DNA of 64,000 nt from Candidatus Zambryskiibacteriota bacterium (GTDB lineage Bacteria > Patescibacteriota > Minisyncoccia > Phycocordibacterales > WO2-35-19), in contig JASNZL010000002.1 in the NCBI GenBank assembly GCA_048499675.1, positions 40,138-104,137 of the forward strand. Reading direction: 5' to 3'. Shown here piece after piece: positions 55,188 through 64,000 of this stretch. The translations under genes were made by a program, and so were the position numbers. The number at the start of each line of letters is the position of its first letter. Position 1 is the first letter of the stretch. A model generated the notes under the pieces. The model worked only from the letters and a program-made list of their open reading frames with translations, was not told where the DNA came from and made no database searches.

Positions 55188-55560
55188 CTTGTGAGCGGGC
55201 CTGCCCATGCCACCAATTTTGGTATCTTAAATATTGCAACATATATAACTCGCTAGTTATGGGATAGGTCACCAATATCGAACACTCGAAACAAAGAAAA
55301 GGGTCGTATTGCAATAATACCAAAATTAGTGAGCGTGCCTGCCCATGCCACCAATTTTGGTATCTTCTTGTAGAAACACCAAGGAGAGTATTGATTTGGG
55401 TATATCGCCAGATCCAATGTGGCGCAATGTTTTAATATGTAATCTTTCTACAATACCAAAATTAGTGAGCGGGGATTGACCCGTAGTGAATTTTGGCATT
55501 GGTTATAAACCATGCACTTCGTGCCATGCCAAAATCTACTACGGGGTTGCTTTTTTCTCC
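55188..55560 (+). repeat. structured repeat in the rpsL leader (partner of 8585-8850) with an internal ~135-bp tandem duplication and a terminal hairpin plus T tract
   Basis: Two gtgagcgNgcctgcccatgccaccaattttggtatctt modules (55190 and 55323), then aataccaaaattagtgagcggggattgacccgtagtgaattttggcat...atgccaaaatctactacggggttgcttttttc. Confidence 0.75.
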
Positions 55561-55610
55561 GCTTTGTATTAGATTTGTATTTGTCCGCGGAAGCGGTTTT
55601 TAAATAGAAA

Positions 55611-56021
55611 ATGGCTACAATAAACCAACTTATAAAAAGAAAGAGAAAAGACGTAAAGAAAAAGTCTAAAGCTATTGCTTTGGGCCATGGTTTTAATACA
55701 TTAAAAAACAGGCCAGTAAAATATACTTCACCTTTCAAAAGGGGTGTTTGTGTAAAAGTAACAACCAAAACACCTAGAAAACCAAACTCTGCTATCAGAA
55801 AAATAGCCAGAGTAAGACTTACAAACGGTACAGAAGTGACCGCATACATTCCAGGTATTGGACATAATTTGCAGGAACACTCAGTGGTTTTGTTAAGAGG
55901 GGGTAGAGTAAAAGACATTGGAGTTAGATACACAGTAGTAAGAGGCAAGCTAGATGCTGGAGGTGTTGAGAAAAGAATGACCTCAAGATCAAGTTATGGC
56001 GCTAAAAGACCTAAAAAGTAA
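55611..56021 (+). CDS. rpsL: 30S ribosomal protein S12
   Basis: [45 protein letters not shown]. Confidence 0.9.
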   Translation: MATINQLIKRKRKDVKKKSKAIALGHGFNTLKNRPVKYTSPFKRGVCVKVTTKTPRKPNSAIRKIARVRLTNGTEVTAYIPGIGHNLQEHSVVLLRGGRVKDIGVRYTVVRGKLDAGGVEKRMTSRSSYGAKRPKK

Positions 56022-56084
56022 TATTTTATTCGTATAATTATTTTCGTTGTCATTTCGTAGTTTTCGTTTAATTTTAGTATCATT

Positions 56085-56555
56085 ATGAGAGGAAAAGTAA
56101 AAAACAGAAACATAGTAAAGCCAGACATAATGTTCAACTCTACAAAAGTTGAGAAGTTTATTAACTACATTATGGAAAGGGGAAAGAAAAATACTGCAAG
56201 AAAAATAGTATACGGTTCTTTTGATTACATAAAAACAAAAGAAAAAGTAGAAGACCCAATGGAAGTGTTCGATACCGCCCTTAAAAATGCAGGGCCAACA
56301 GTAGAAGTTAGATCAAAGAGAGTGGGTGGTGCAAACTACCAAGTACCAAGAGAAGTAAGACCCGAAAGACGAGCTTATCTATCAATGAAATGGATTATAG
56401 ACTCAGCTAAAGCCAAAAAAGGCAAACCAATGCACGAAAGACTGGGGGATGAAATAATACTGGCAAGCAAAAACGAAGGCGAGGCAATCAAAAAAAGAGA
56501 AAACGTTCACAAAATGGCAGAAGCCAACAAAGCATTTGCCCACTTTGCTTGGTAA
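56085..56555 (+). CDS. rpsG: 30S ribosomal protein S7
   Basis: 156 aa, ...RVGGANYQVP...KRENVHKMAEANKAFAHFAW. Confidence 0.9.
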   Translation: MRGKVKNRNIVKPDIMFNSTKVEKFINYIMERGKKNTARKIVYGSFDYIKTKEKVEDPMEVFDTALKNAGPTVEVRSKRVGGANYQVPREVRPERRAYLSMKWIIDSAKAKKGKPMHERLGDEIILASKNEGEAIKKRENVHKMAEANKAFAHFAW

Positions 56556-56632
56556 ACCCGCACACTCAACAATTGTGATGTGCTTTCAGCACATGCCTAC
56601 GGCATCACAATTTTGAGTGTACAGGTAAACAC

Positions 56633-56887
56633 TTACCCCAAACTTCCTTCTATTCGTTCTTTCAAAAACCTTCTAGCATTTCCTCTCAATTTTAGTGCTT
56701 GCTCTCTGAGGCGAGCATCTTTTTCACTTTTGTATGCTTCATAGTATACTAATTCAAACGGTCTCCTAAATTGAGTAGAAAAAGATAACCCCTTTTGATG
56801 TTCTTCAAATCTTCTTTTAAGGTTATTTGTACTGCCTATGTATAATTCAGAATCTTTAAAACTTTTTAATACATAAACGTAAAACAT
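56633..56887 (-). CDS. GIY-YIG nuclease family protein (YhbQ/UPF0213-like), intact copy
   Basis: MFYVYVLKSFKDSELYIGSTNNLKRRFEEHQKG...; lies antisense between rpsG and fusA. Confidence 0.75.
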   Translation of the reverse strand: MFYVYVLKSFKDSELYIGSTNNLKRRFEEHQKGLSFSTQFRRPFELVYYEAYKSEKDARLREQALKLRGNARRFLKERIEGSLG

Positions 56888-57067
56888 ATATAAAGATTAT
56901 CACAAAATAATATCTCGACCCATAGTGTAAATTTAATATTTGCTACGATTTTGCAATTTAGTAATTAATAGTGTATATTCTTTATGTCCATTGCGGGATT
57001 TTTTATTTAATTTTATTCGTATTAATTAGTATCATTTGTACAATTCGTATATTGGTATCATACTCAC

Positions 57068-59221
57068 ATGAACAGAGACTATCCATTAGATAAAGTAAGA
57101 AACTTTGGTATCATCGCGCACATTGACGCTGGAAAAACAACAACTTCGGAGCGTATTTTATATTACACAGGAAGTCAGCACAAAATAGGGGAAGTTCATG
57201 AAGGCGAAACAACAACAGACTGGATGGAACAAGAGAGAGAAAGAGGCATCACAATTACAGCGGCGGCAATTACTTGTTTTTGGGGACCAACTTATCTCTC
57301 GCCCGAAGAAAGAAACAAAAAAGAAAACAAATTTAGATTTAATATTATTGACACCCCAGGTCACATTGACTTCACTGCAGAAGTAAAAAGATCTATGAGA
57401 GTTTTGGATGGTGCCGTTTGTGTTTTTGATGGAGTAGCTGGTGTTGAACCACAGTCAGAAACAAACTGGAGATACGCTGAAGAAGCAAATGTTCCAAGAC
57501 TTTGTTTTATAAACAAACTAGACAGAATAGGAGCAAACTTTGAAAAATCCTACAAATCAATTTTAGATAGACTTTCCAAAAAAGCGGTGCGAATGCAAGT
57601 ACCTTTAGGAGAAGAGGATAAACACGAAGGTGTTGTTGATTTGCTCCAAATGAAAGCTTTTGATTTTGAAGGCAAGCTCGGTGACAATGTTATCGAAGTG
57701 GCTTTTCCTGAAAATCTAAGAGCAGATGCAGAAAAATACAGAGCAGAATTAATTGAAAAAATAGTAGAAAATGATGAAGAGTTGATGAACAAATATCTTG
57801 CCGGAGAAGAAATTCCTCTTACTGATTTGAAAAAAACACTAAGAAAGGCGGTGATTGAAAACAAAATATTCCCAGTATTTTGCGGTTCTGCTCTAAAAAA
57901 TAAAGGGGTGCAGTTGGTGCTTGATGCTGTTGTTGATTATCTACCAAGTCCACTTGATATCCCAGCCATAAAAGGTACAGATCCAAAAACAGGCGAAGAA
58001 ATTGAGAGACATCCATCTGATGAGGAACCATTCTCAGCCCTTGCTTTCAAACTACAAGCAGACCCATTTGTTGGACAACTAACTTTCTTTAGAGTTTATT
58101 CTGGAACAATAGAATCCGGTTCATATATATATAATGCAAACACAGGAGACAAAGAAAGACTGGGAAGAATCGTAAGACTTCAAGCTGATAAGAGGGAAGA
58201 GGTGAAAAAAGTTTATGCTGGAGAAATCGCTGCGGCTGTTGGGTTAAAAGATGCAAAAACTTCACACACATTTTGTGACGAAAATAATCCAATATTACTT
58301 GAAGAAATTGTATTTCCAGAACCAGTTATTTCTCTTAGAATTGAACCGAAAACTAAAGCTGACCAAGAAAAAATGGGGCTTGCTCTTAAACGACTTTCTG
58401 ACGAAGACCCAACATTTAGAATTAAATCGGATTCTGAAACCGGAGAAACTGTTATTTCTGGAATGGGTGAACTTCACTTGGATATCATCGTTGACAGAAT
58501 GAAGAGAGAATTCAATGTAGAAGCAAATGTTGGCGCGCCTCAAGTGGCTTACAAAGAAACAATCACTGGTACCGCTGAAGCAGAAACAAAATACATCAAG
58601 CAAACAGGAGGTAAGGGTCAGTACGGTCACGTCAAACTTAACATCAAACCATTACAACCAGAAGAGGAGGGTGCCAAGAAACAGAAAAACGTACACAGAG
58701 AAGATGGTTTTGAATTTATTGATTCTATCAAAGGTGGTGTCATTCCTTCAGAGTTTATTCCAGCAGTTGAAAAAGGTGTAAAAGAAGCAATGGAAAGAGG
58801 AATTGTGGCTGGATACAAGATGACGGATATTTCTTGTGAACTAACTTTTGGTTCATATCACGATGTTGACTCTTCAGAAATTGCATACAAAATCGCGGCT
58901 TCACAAGCTTTCCAGGAAGCAGCCAAAAAAGCAAACCCAGTTATTCTTGAACCAATAATGAAAGTTGAAGTAGTTGTTCCAGAAAAATTCATGGGTGATG
59001 TGACGGGTTACCTATCATCAAAGAGAGGTTTGATAGAAGGAATGGATGATAGGGCAGGCAACAAAGTTGTCAAAGCAAAAGTGCCTCTTTCTGAACTATT
59101 CGGATATGTTACCACCCTCAGATCTATGACAGAAGGCAGGGGAAACGCCAACATTGAATTTGATCACTACGCAATTGTCCCACCAAATGTCGCCATGGCG
59201 ATAGCAGAAAGCAGAAAGTAA
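57068..59221 (+). CDS. fusA: elongation factor G
   Basis: [33 protein letters not shown], domains II-V. Confidence 0.9.
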   Translation: MNRDYPLDKVRNFGIIAHIDAGKTTTSERILYYTGSQHKIGEVHEGETTTDWMEQERERGITITAAAITCFWGPTYLSPEERNKKENKFRFNIIDTPGHIDFTAEVKRSMRVLDGAVCVFDGVAGVEPQSETNWRYAEEANVPRLCFINKLDRIGANFEKSYKSILDRLSKKAVRMQVPLGEEDKHEGVVDLLQMKAFDFEGKLGDNVIEVAFPENLRADAEKYRAELIEKIVENDEELMNKYLAGEEIPLTDLKKTLRKAVIENKIFPVFCGSALKNKGVQLVLDAVVDYLPSPLDIPAIKGTDPKTGEEIERHPSDEEPFSALAFKLQADPFVGQLTFFRVYSGTIESGSYIYNANTGDKERLGRIVRLQADKREEVKKVYAGEIAAAVGLKDAKTSHTFCDENNPILLEEIVFPEPVISLRIEPKTKADQEKMGLALKRLSDEDPTFRIKSDSETGETVISGMGELHLDIIVDRMKREFNVEANVGAPQVAYKETITGTAEAETKYIKQTGGKGQYGHVKLNIKPLQPEEEGAKKQKNVHREDGFEFIDSIKGGVIPSEFIPAVEKGVKEAMERGIVAGYKMTDISCELTFGSYHDVDSSEIAYKIAASQAFQEAAKKANPVILEPIMKVEVVVPEKFMGDVTGYLSSKRGLIEGMDDRAGNKVVKAKVPLSELFGYVTTLRSMTEGRGNANIEFDHYAIVPPNVAMAIAESRK

Positions 59222-59291
59222 TATAGTCACAAAACGACAATAACCATTTCTCGCCCCGTGAATCTTTTGAGTAGCAAAAGATTTTTACGGG

Positions 59292-59332
59292 GTCCCACCA
59301 AATGTCGCCATGGCGATAGCAGAAAGCAGAAA
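59292..59332 (+). repeat. 41-bp direct duplicate of the fusA 3-prime end (59177-59217), 115 bp downstream
   Basis: gtcccaccaaatgtcgccatggcgatagcagaaagcagaaa is present twice; the stop codon differs (aaagtaa versus aaaataa) but both would encode ...[14 protein letters not shown]; the 72-bp spacer holds a ccccgtgaatcttttg...caaaagattttacgggg hairpin related to 29540-29590. Confidence 0.8.
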
Positions 59333-59429
59333 ATAAAAAAGAAATAAGATATAAGAAGTAAGATATAAGATTAGAGACAAAAGTTGAAGCCCCGCACTGG
59401 ATGGTGCAGGGCTTTTGTAAAACACGAGT

Positions 59430-59522
59430 TTAGACAAATAGTGCAAGAGCGCCGAGGAAGAGGGCGGTAACACTAATTGCTCCGATAAAATCGAGAAATG
59501 CTTGGGCTTTCATTCTAAACAT
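59430..59522 (-). CDS. possible 30-aa hydrophobic peptide
   Basis: MFRMKAQAFLDFIGAISVTALFLGALALFV, followed by a hairpin plus T-run terminator; weak RBS. Confidence 0.25.
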   Translation of the reverse strand: MFRMKAQAFLDFIGAISVTALFLGALALFV

Positions 59523-59675
59523 AAGCTACCAAGAAAACACAAAATAAGCAAAGTTTTTATAATATGTTTTTATATGTTATATTATTTTTGTTATTAGTAA
59601 TTATGAGGTTTTTCAATTTTTGAATTTGAGGATTTATATAAGTCACCAAATTCAAGAATTGGCCTCATTAAAAAA

Positions 59676-61781
59676 ATGATAAGTAAAAAATATTCGGTTC
59701 CATCAAATGGAAGCACTTTAGTAGCTGAATTTAACGATTTGGCAGAAAATGCGCATGGTTCGGTTATGTTGAAACTTGGGGACACCACTGTTTTTGCAAC
59801 AGCAGTTATGTCCAAAGGTGAAAAAGATTTGGATTATTTTCCTCTTTCTGTTGAGTACGAGGAAAGATTTTATGCAGCAGGACAAATATTAGGTAGCAGA
59901 TTTATGAGACGCGAAGGTAGACCATCAGACGAGGCAATTCTTTCTGGAAGAATAGTAGACAGAACAATTCGCCCATTATTTGATAGTGACCTTCGAAACG
60001 AAATTCAAGTTGTTGTTACTATACTTTCATTGGATGAATACGATCCAGATGTTTTGGGAGTTATAGCTTCTTCTTTGGCACTTGGTGTTTCAAAAATCCC
60101 TTGGAATGGACCAGTGAGTGCTGTAAGAATTGGAAAGAATAAAGGTAGTGACGATTTCTTGATTAATCCAACATACCTACAAAGACAAGATGAAAATTAT
60201 GAACTTGATTTGATAGCTTGTGGCAAAGACGGAACAATCAATATGATTGAGGTTGGAAGTAGTGAAGTTTCAGAAGATGTTTTGATGAAAGCTTTGGAAA
60301 AAGCAAAGGAGGAGCTAGAAAAACTACAAAAGTTCCAAGAAGATATCATAAAAGAAATCGGCCAGAAGAAAGTAGCGGTAAACAAAAAAGAAGTTCCTGA
60401 AATTCTAAAAAAATCTTTCCAAGAAAAAGTTTTGTCAAAAATTGAAAGCGTTTTGGGAGAAGCGGGGAAAGCGAGAATTTATGAACTTGAAGAAGAGTGG
60501 ATGGTTTTTGTTGAAACAGAAATGCCTGAAATGGATAAAAGAATTGCACGAAAACTTTACCACGAAGCAATAAATGAATTAATTCACAAAAAAGCTATTG
60601 AGGAAAATACCAGATTTGATGGTAGAGGTTTTGATGATTTGAGAAATCTTTATGCAAAAGCTGGGGGGATTTCAGAAATCTTACACGGATCAGGTATTTT
60701 TTATAGAGGAGGAACTCACATTTTTTCAGCTCTTACTCTAGGAGCCCCGGGAGATTCTCAGGTAATAGACGGCATGGAAACACAAACCAACAAAAGATTT
60801 ATGCACCACTATAATTTCCCACCTTTCTCTGTTGGAGAAACAGGTAGAATTGGTGGATTAAACAGAAGAATGGTAGGCCATGGCGCCCTCGCTGAAAAAG
60901 CCTTAATTCCTGTTTTGCCAAGTAAAGAAAATTTTCCTTACACAATTAGAATTGTATCAGAAGCACTCGCCTCAAACGGCTCAACATCTATGGGTTCAGT
61001 TTGTGCAAGCACTTTAGCCTTGATGGACGCTGGTGTTCCAATAACAAAACCAGTTGGTGGAATCGCGTCCGGTTTGATGATGGAGGGTGATAAATATAAA
61101 GTTCTCACAGACATACAAGGACCAGAAGACGAACATGGTGATATGGACTTCAAAGTTGCAGGTACCAGAGATGGAGTAACAGCAGTCCAGATGGATGTAA
61201 AAGTGGACGGTATTCCTCTACCTATTCTCAAAGAAGCTTTTGAAAAAGCAAAGTCAGCAAGAATAAAAATAATTGAAAGAATAGAAGAAGAAATAAAAGA
61301 ACCAAGACCGGAATTGTCACCAAAGGCTCCGAGAATTATAGCAATTAAAATAAAACCAGAACAAATAGGTATGGTTATAGGAACAGGTGGTAAGGTAATA
61401 AATGAAATCAAAGACTTGACTGGAGCTGAGATAGATATAGAAGAAGATGGAACAGTGTTTATTACTGGCGAAGCAGAAGGGGCAGAAAAAGCAAAGGGGC
61501 TTATAGAAGACATTGTAAGAGAATACAAACAAGGCGAAAGATTTGAAGGCGAAGTAATTAGAGTAGCTGACTTTGGTGCCATAGTTAAACTAGGCAGAAA
61601 CGGAGAGGGAATGGTTCATGTATCTGAAATCGCACCCTTTAGAGTGGAAAAAACAGAGGATTATCTAAAGCTCGGAATGAAAGTTCCTGTTATAATAAAA
61701 GGGGTAGACGACAAAGGAAGGCTTAAACTTTCTATCAAGGAATCTGATCCAAATTTTTTCCAAAAACCGAAACCACAGTAA
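59676..61781 (+). CDS. pnp: polynucleotide phosphorylase
   Basis: Two RNase PH-like domains, a KH domain (IGMVIGTGGKVINEI) and an S1 domain (GEVIRVADFGAIVKL). Confidence 0.9.
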   Translation: MISKKYSVPSNGSTLVAEFNDLAENAHGSVMLKLGDTTVFATAVMSKGEKDLDYFPLSVEYEERFYAAGQILGSRFMRREGRPSDEAILSGRIVDRTIRPLFDSDLRNEIQVVVTILSLDEYDPDVLGVIASSLALGVSKIPWNGPVSAVRIGKNKGSDDFLINPTYLQRQDENYELDLIACGKDGTINMIEVGSSEVSEDVLMKALEKAKEELEKLQKFQEDIIKEIGQKKVAVNKKEVPEILKKSFQEKVLSKIESVLGEAGKARIYELEEEWMVFVETEMPEMDKRIARKLYHEAINELIHKKAIEENTRFDGRGFDDLRNLYAKAGGISEILHGSGIFYRGGTHIFSALTLGAPGDSQVIDGMETQTNKRFMHHYNFPPFSVGETGRIGGLNRRMVGHGALAEKALIPVLPSKENFPYTIRIVSEALASNGSTSMGSVCASTLALMDAGVPITKPVGGIASGLMMEGDKYKVLTDIQGPEDEHGDMDFKVAGTRDGVTAVQMDVKVDGIPLPILKEAFEKAKSARIKIIERIEEEIKEPRPELSPKAPRIIAIKIKPEQIGMVIGTGGKVINEIKDLTGAEIDIEEDGTVFITGEAEGAEKAKGLIEDIVREYKQGERFEGEVIRVADFGAIVKLGRNGEGMVHVSEIAPFRVEKTEDYLKLGMKVPVIIKGVDDKGRLKLSIKESDPNFFQKPKPQ

Positions 61782-61857
61782 ATCTTTGCCCAAAATTTTG
61801 GCTTAAATCTGAATCAAAACATCTGTGCTAGAATATTGTTATATGTATTTATAATTT

Positions 61858-62928
61858 TTGATTATAGATAAAATGGGTTCAGAAAATCAAAATAAAAAAA
61901 TAAATGACCAAAAAGATGGAATGGGTGTTATTGTTGACGCTCTTCATAACAAACAAAAGCTCTCATCTTTAAGAACGTATCAGGGAGATATGGCAGAATT
62001 CATAAAAGAAAAAAATGAATCTGTTATTTCTGTTAGTTTAAAAGAGAAAAAAAGAAAAGAAGAACAAGAAAAAAAACAAAAAGAAGAGGAAGACAGAATA
62101 CAAAAAGAAGAAAAGGAGAGAAAACAGGCAAAACAAGAAAGTCACGAGAAAGAAGAAAGAAAAATTGAAGAAAGAAAAGAAATCACTCTTGATGGAACAA
62201 TAATAGTAAAAGAACCAGAACCAAAAAGATCAAAAAAATATTCCAACCTTCAAACAAACCTATTAATAACAGTGGCTAGCATTCTACTTGTTGTTGGTGG
62301 TGCTTATGTTTTGTTTAACGTATTTGGAACATTGTTGAACCGTGAGAATATTCCTGAATATATTGACCAAAAAGAAATTATCCCATACTCAAATCTGATT
62401 AATGTGAGTAACATTACCAGACAAAATATTTCTTCTCAAATTAGTGGTCTAACGATGCAAAACGGAATAAATATTATAAAAATATCAGACGAAAATGGCG
62501 ACCAACTAAAAACAGCTATAAGTTTTTTTGATTTTTTAGAAATTCCAGTTCCATCTAGCTTAAGACGAGATCTTTATGACGAATTTGCTTACGGCAAAAT
62601 AAAAAAAGGTGACACGGAAGCACAATTTATTGCTTTTGGTGTCAGAGATTTTGGTAGAGCGTTTTCATCTATGCTTGAATGGGAAGATGAAATGTTAAAC
62701 CATTTTAATTTTATGATTACTTCACAAGAACAAGGAGTGGAACAGGGGACAGAACAATGGAAAGACTTAATCATAAAAAACAAAGATGTTAGAGCTGTGA
62801 CTCTTTCAAATAACAAACCAATACTCCTTTATACCTTTCTTGATAAAAACACAATCCTTATAACCGGGGACGTGTCAGCCATTGAAGAGATGAGCAATGC
62901 CTTTTCTTCAAGGTCTTTTGCAAGATAG
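61858..62928 (+). CDS. hypothetical membrane-anchored protein with a Lys/Glu-rich coiled segment
   Basis: KEKKRKEEQEKKQKEEEDRIQKEEKERKQ..., one TM (LLITVASILLVVGGAYVLF). Confidence 0.4.
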   Translation: MIIDKMGSENQNKKINDQKDGMGVIVDALHNKQKLSSLRTYQGDMAEFIKEKNESVISVSLKEKKRKEEQEKKQKEEEDRIQKEEKERKQAKQESHEKEERKIEERKEITLDGTIIVKEPEPKRSKKYSNLQTNLLITVASILLVVGGAYVLFNVFGTLLNRENIPEYIDQKEIIPYSNLINVSNITRQNISSQISGLTMQNGINIIKISDENGDQLKTAISFFDFLEIPVPSSLRRDLYDEFAYGKIKKGDTEAQFIAFGVRDFGRAFSSMLEWEDEMLNHFNFMITSQEQGVEQGTEQWKDLIIKNKDVRAVTLSNNKPILLYTFLDKNTILITGDVSAIEEMSNAFSSRSFAR

Positions 62929-62952
62929 CAAGATGTGCTATAATCAATATAT

Positions 62953-63321
62953 ATGAAAAGAGACGATTTAGATTTTAATTACTATAAACAAAAACTTCTT
63001 GAAGAACTTTCTTTGGTTGAAAGAGAACTTGAAGGTGTCGGCAGAAGAAACCCAGACAACAAAAAGGACTGGGAGGCAGAACCAGCAGAAATTGACACTA
63101 GTAGTGCGGACGACAACGAGACCGCAGACAAAATGGAAGAGTATGAGACAAATACTGCAATACTAAAAGACTTAGAAATTAGATATAACGACATTAAAGT
63201 AGCTCTGGATAAAATAGAAGGGGGCACTTATGGTATTTGCGAAGTTTCTGGATTGCCGATTGAAAAAGACAGACTAGAAGCAAACCCAGCTGCCCGAACC
63301 TGCAAGGCGCATATGGAATAA
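62953..63321 (+). CDS. DksA/TraR-family protein
   Basis: Coiled-coil N-term and C-terminal GICEVSGLPIEKDRLEANPAARTCKAH. Confidence 0.55.
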   Translation: MKRDDLDFNYYKQKLLEELSLVERELEGVGRRNPDNKKDWEAEPAEIDTSSADDNETADKMEEYETNTAILKDLEIRYNDIKVALDKIEGGTYGICEVSGLPIEKDRLEANPAARTCKAHME

Positions 63322-63436
63322 TACGAAAACCATGCGAAACACAACGAAAAGCTACAAAAATTTAAAGGCTCAATCTAACATTATTTCCTAAAATTTTCGT
63401 TGTTATTTCGTATTTTTCGCATAATTTTAGTATCGT

Positions 63437-64000
63437 ATGAGTTACGCAAAAGTTCATAGTGCACAAGCTCACCTTTTAAAACCATACATAGTTGATGTTG
63501 AGGCAGACCTTTCAAAGGGTCTGCATTCGTTTTCTATAGTTGGTCTTGGCGACAAAGCAGTTGAAGAAGCAAAAGACAGAATAAGTGCCGCGGTAAAAAA
63601 TACAGGTTTTGAATCTCCAAAATCAAAAAACCAAAAAGTTGTTATATCTCTCGCTCCTGCAGAAATAAAAAAAGAAGGTTCTGGGCTTGATGTCCCAATC
63701 GCCCTATCTTATCTTCTTGCAAGTGGAGACGTACTTTTTGATCCCAAAGACAAGATTTTTCTCGGCGAACTTTCTCTTGATGGCAAACTTAGGGGAATCA
63801 AAGGCGCTCTTGCTTTTACCAGAAAAGCAAAAGAAAAAGGTTTTAGGGAAATATATTTACCAAAAGAAAACACAGCTGAAGCATCGCTCGTTGATGGGAT
63901 ACTTGTATATGGCGCAGAAACACTCAGAGAAATTATAGACCATATACAAGTTGATACAGATATTAACCAAAAATTAAAACCAGAAAGTAAAAAAGAAATA
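63437..64000 (+). CDS. comM: YifB/ComM-family Mg-chelatase-like ATPase, 3-prime partial
   Basis: LLKPYIVDVEADLSKGLHSFSIVGLGDKAVEEAKDRISAAVKNTGF...LAPAEIKKEGSGLDVPIAL. Confidence 0.7.
   Translation, partial: MSYAKVHSAQAHLLKPYIVDVEADLSKGLHSFSIVGLGDKAVEEAKDRISAAVKNTGFESPKSKNQKVVISLAPAEIKKEGSGLDVPIALSYLLASGDVLFDPKDKIFLGELSLDGKLRGIKGALAFTRKAKEKGFREIYLPKENTAEASLVDGILVYGAETLREIIDHIQVDTDINQKLKPESKKEI

Noticed and set aside
60938-61582. 214-aa minus-strand ORF
   Set aside because: Antisense to pnp; Ser/Pro/Ile-rich low-complexity translation
1-64000. CRISPR array, cas genes, rRNA genes
   Set aside because: No array of regularly spaced identical direct repeats of 25-40 bp with unique spacers was found. 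The repeated elements present are dispersed or inverted, not arrayed. No 16S/23S/5S signatures were seen.

Overview
AT-rich (~33% GC) bacterial window with hallmarks of a Candidate Phyla Radiation (Patescibacteria) genome. A minus-strand ribosomal-protein operon (rpsZ-rpsH-rplF-rplR-rpsE-rplO-secY-adk-map, then ndk) has no L30 gene and is cut off upstream of S14. Other content: a type IV pilus cluster (pilB, pilC, three prepilins, a large pilus-associated protein), pgk-tpiA, the str operon (rpsL-rpsG-fusA), pnp, recG, recJ, xth, cca, rnhA, a two-component system, and five tRNAs (Ser-GCU, Gly-UCC, Arg-UCG, Gly-GCC, Pro-UGG). The most unusual locus is a ~5.9 kb insertion next to tRNA-Ser (about 9125-15055). 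It is bounded by 134-bp direct repeats and ~140-bp inverted hairpin repeats. It carries an XRE regulator, a hypothetical (putative restriction endonuclease), a full LexA repressor fused to a Dcm-type C5 DNA methyltransferase, and a CBASS-like pair (CD-NTase/SMODS-like nucleotidyltransferase plus a 2-TM SLATT-like effector), followed by GC-rich non-coding DNA. Other notable items: copies of gene 3-prime ends (tRNA-Ser, tRNA-Pro, tRNA-Gly, fusA) duplicated a short distance downstream; a 420-aa LAGLIDADG intein inside a XerC/D recombinase; two GC-rich foreign-looking cassettes (19266-19679 and 30531-32240, the latter under a consensus sigma70 promoter); GC-rich palindromes inserted in frame in rnhA and a ComEC-MBL gene; a ~270-370 bp structured repeat in the sense leader of both r-protein operons; mobile GIY-YIG genes; a tpiA frameshift at an A6 run; comEC split by inverted sodA; and several dispersed AT-rich intergenic repeat families. 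No CRISPR array or rRNA gene was found.
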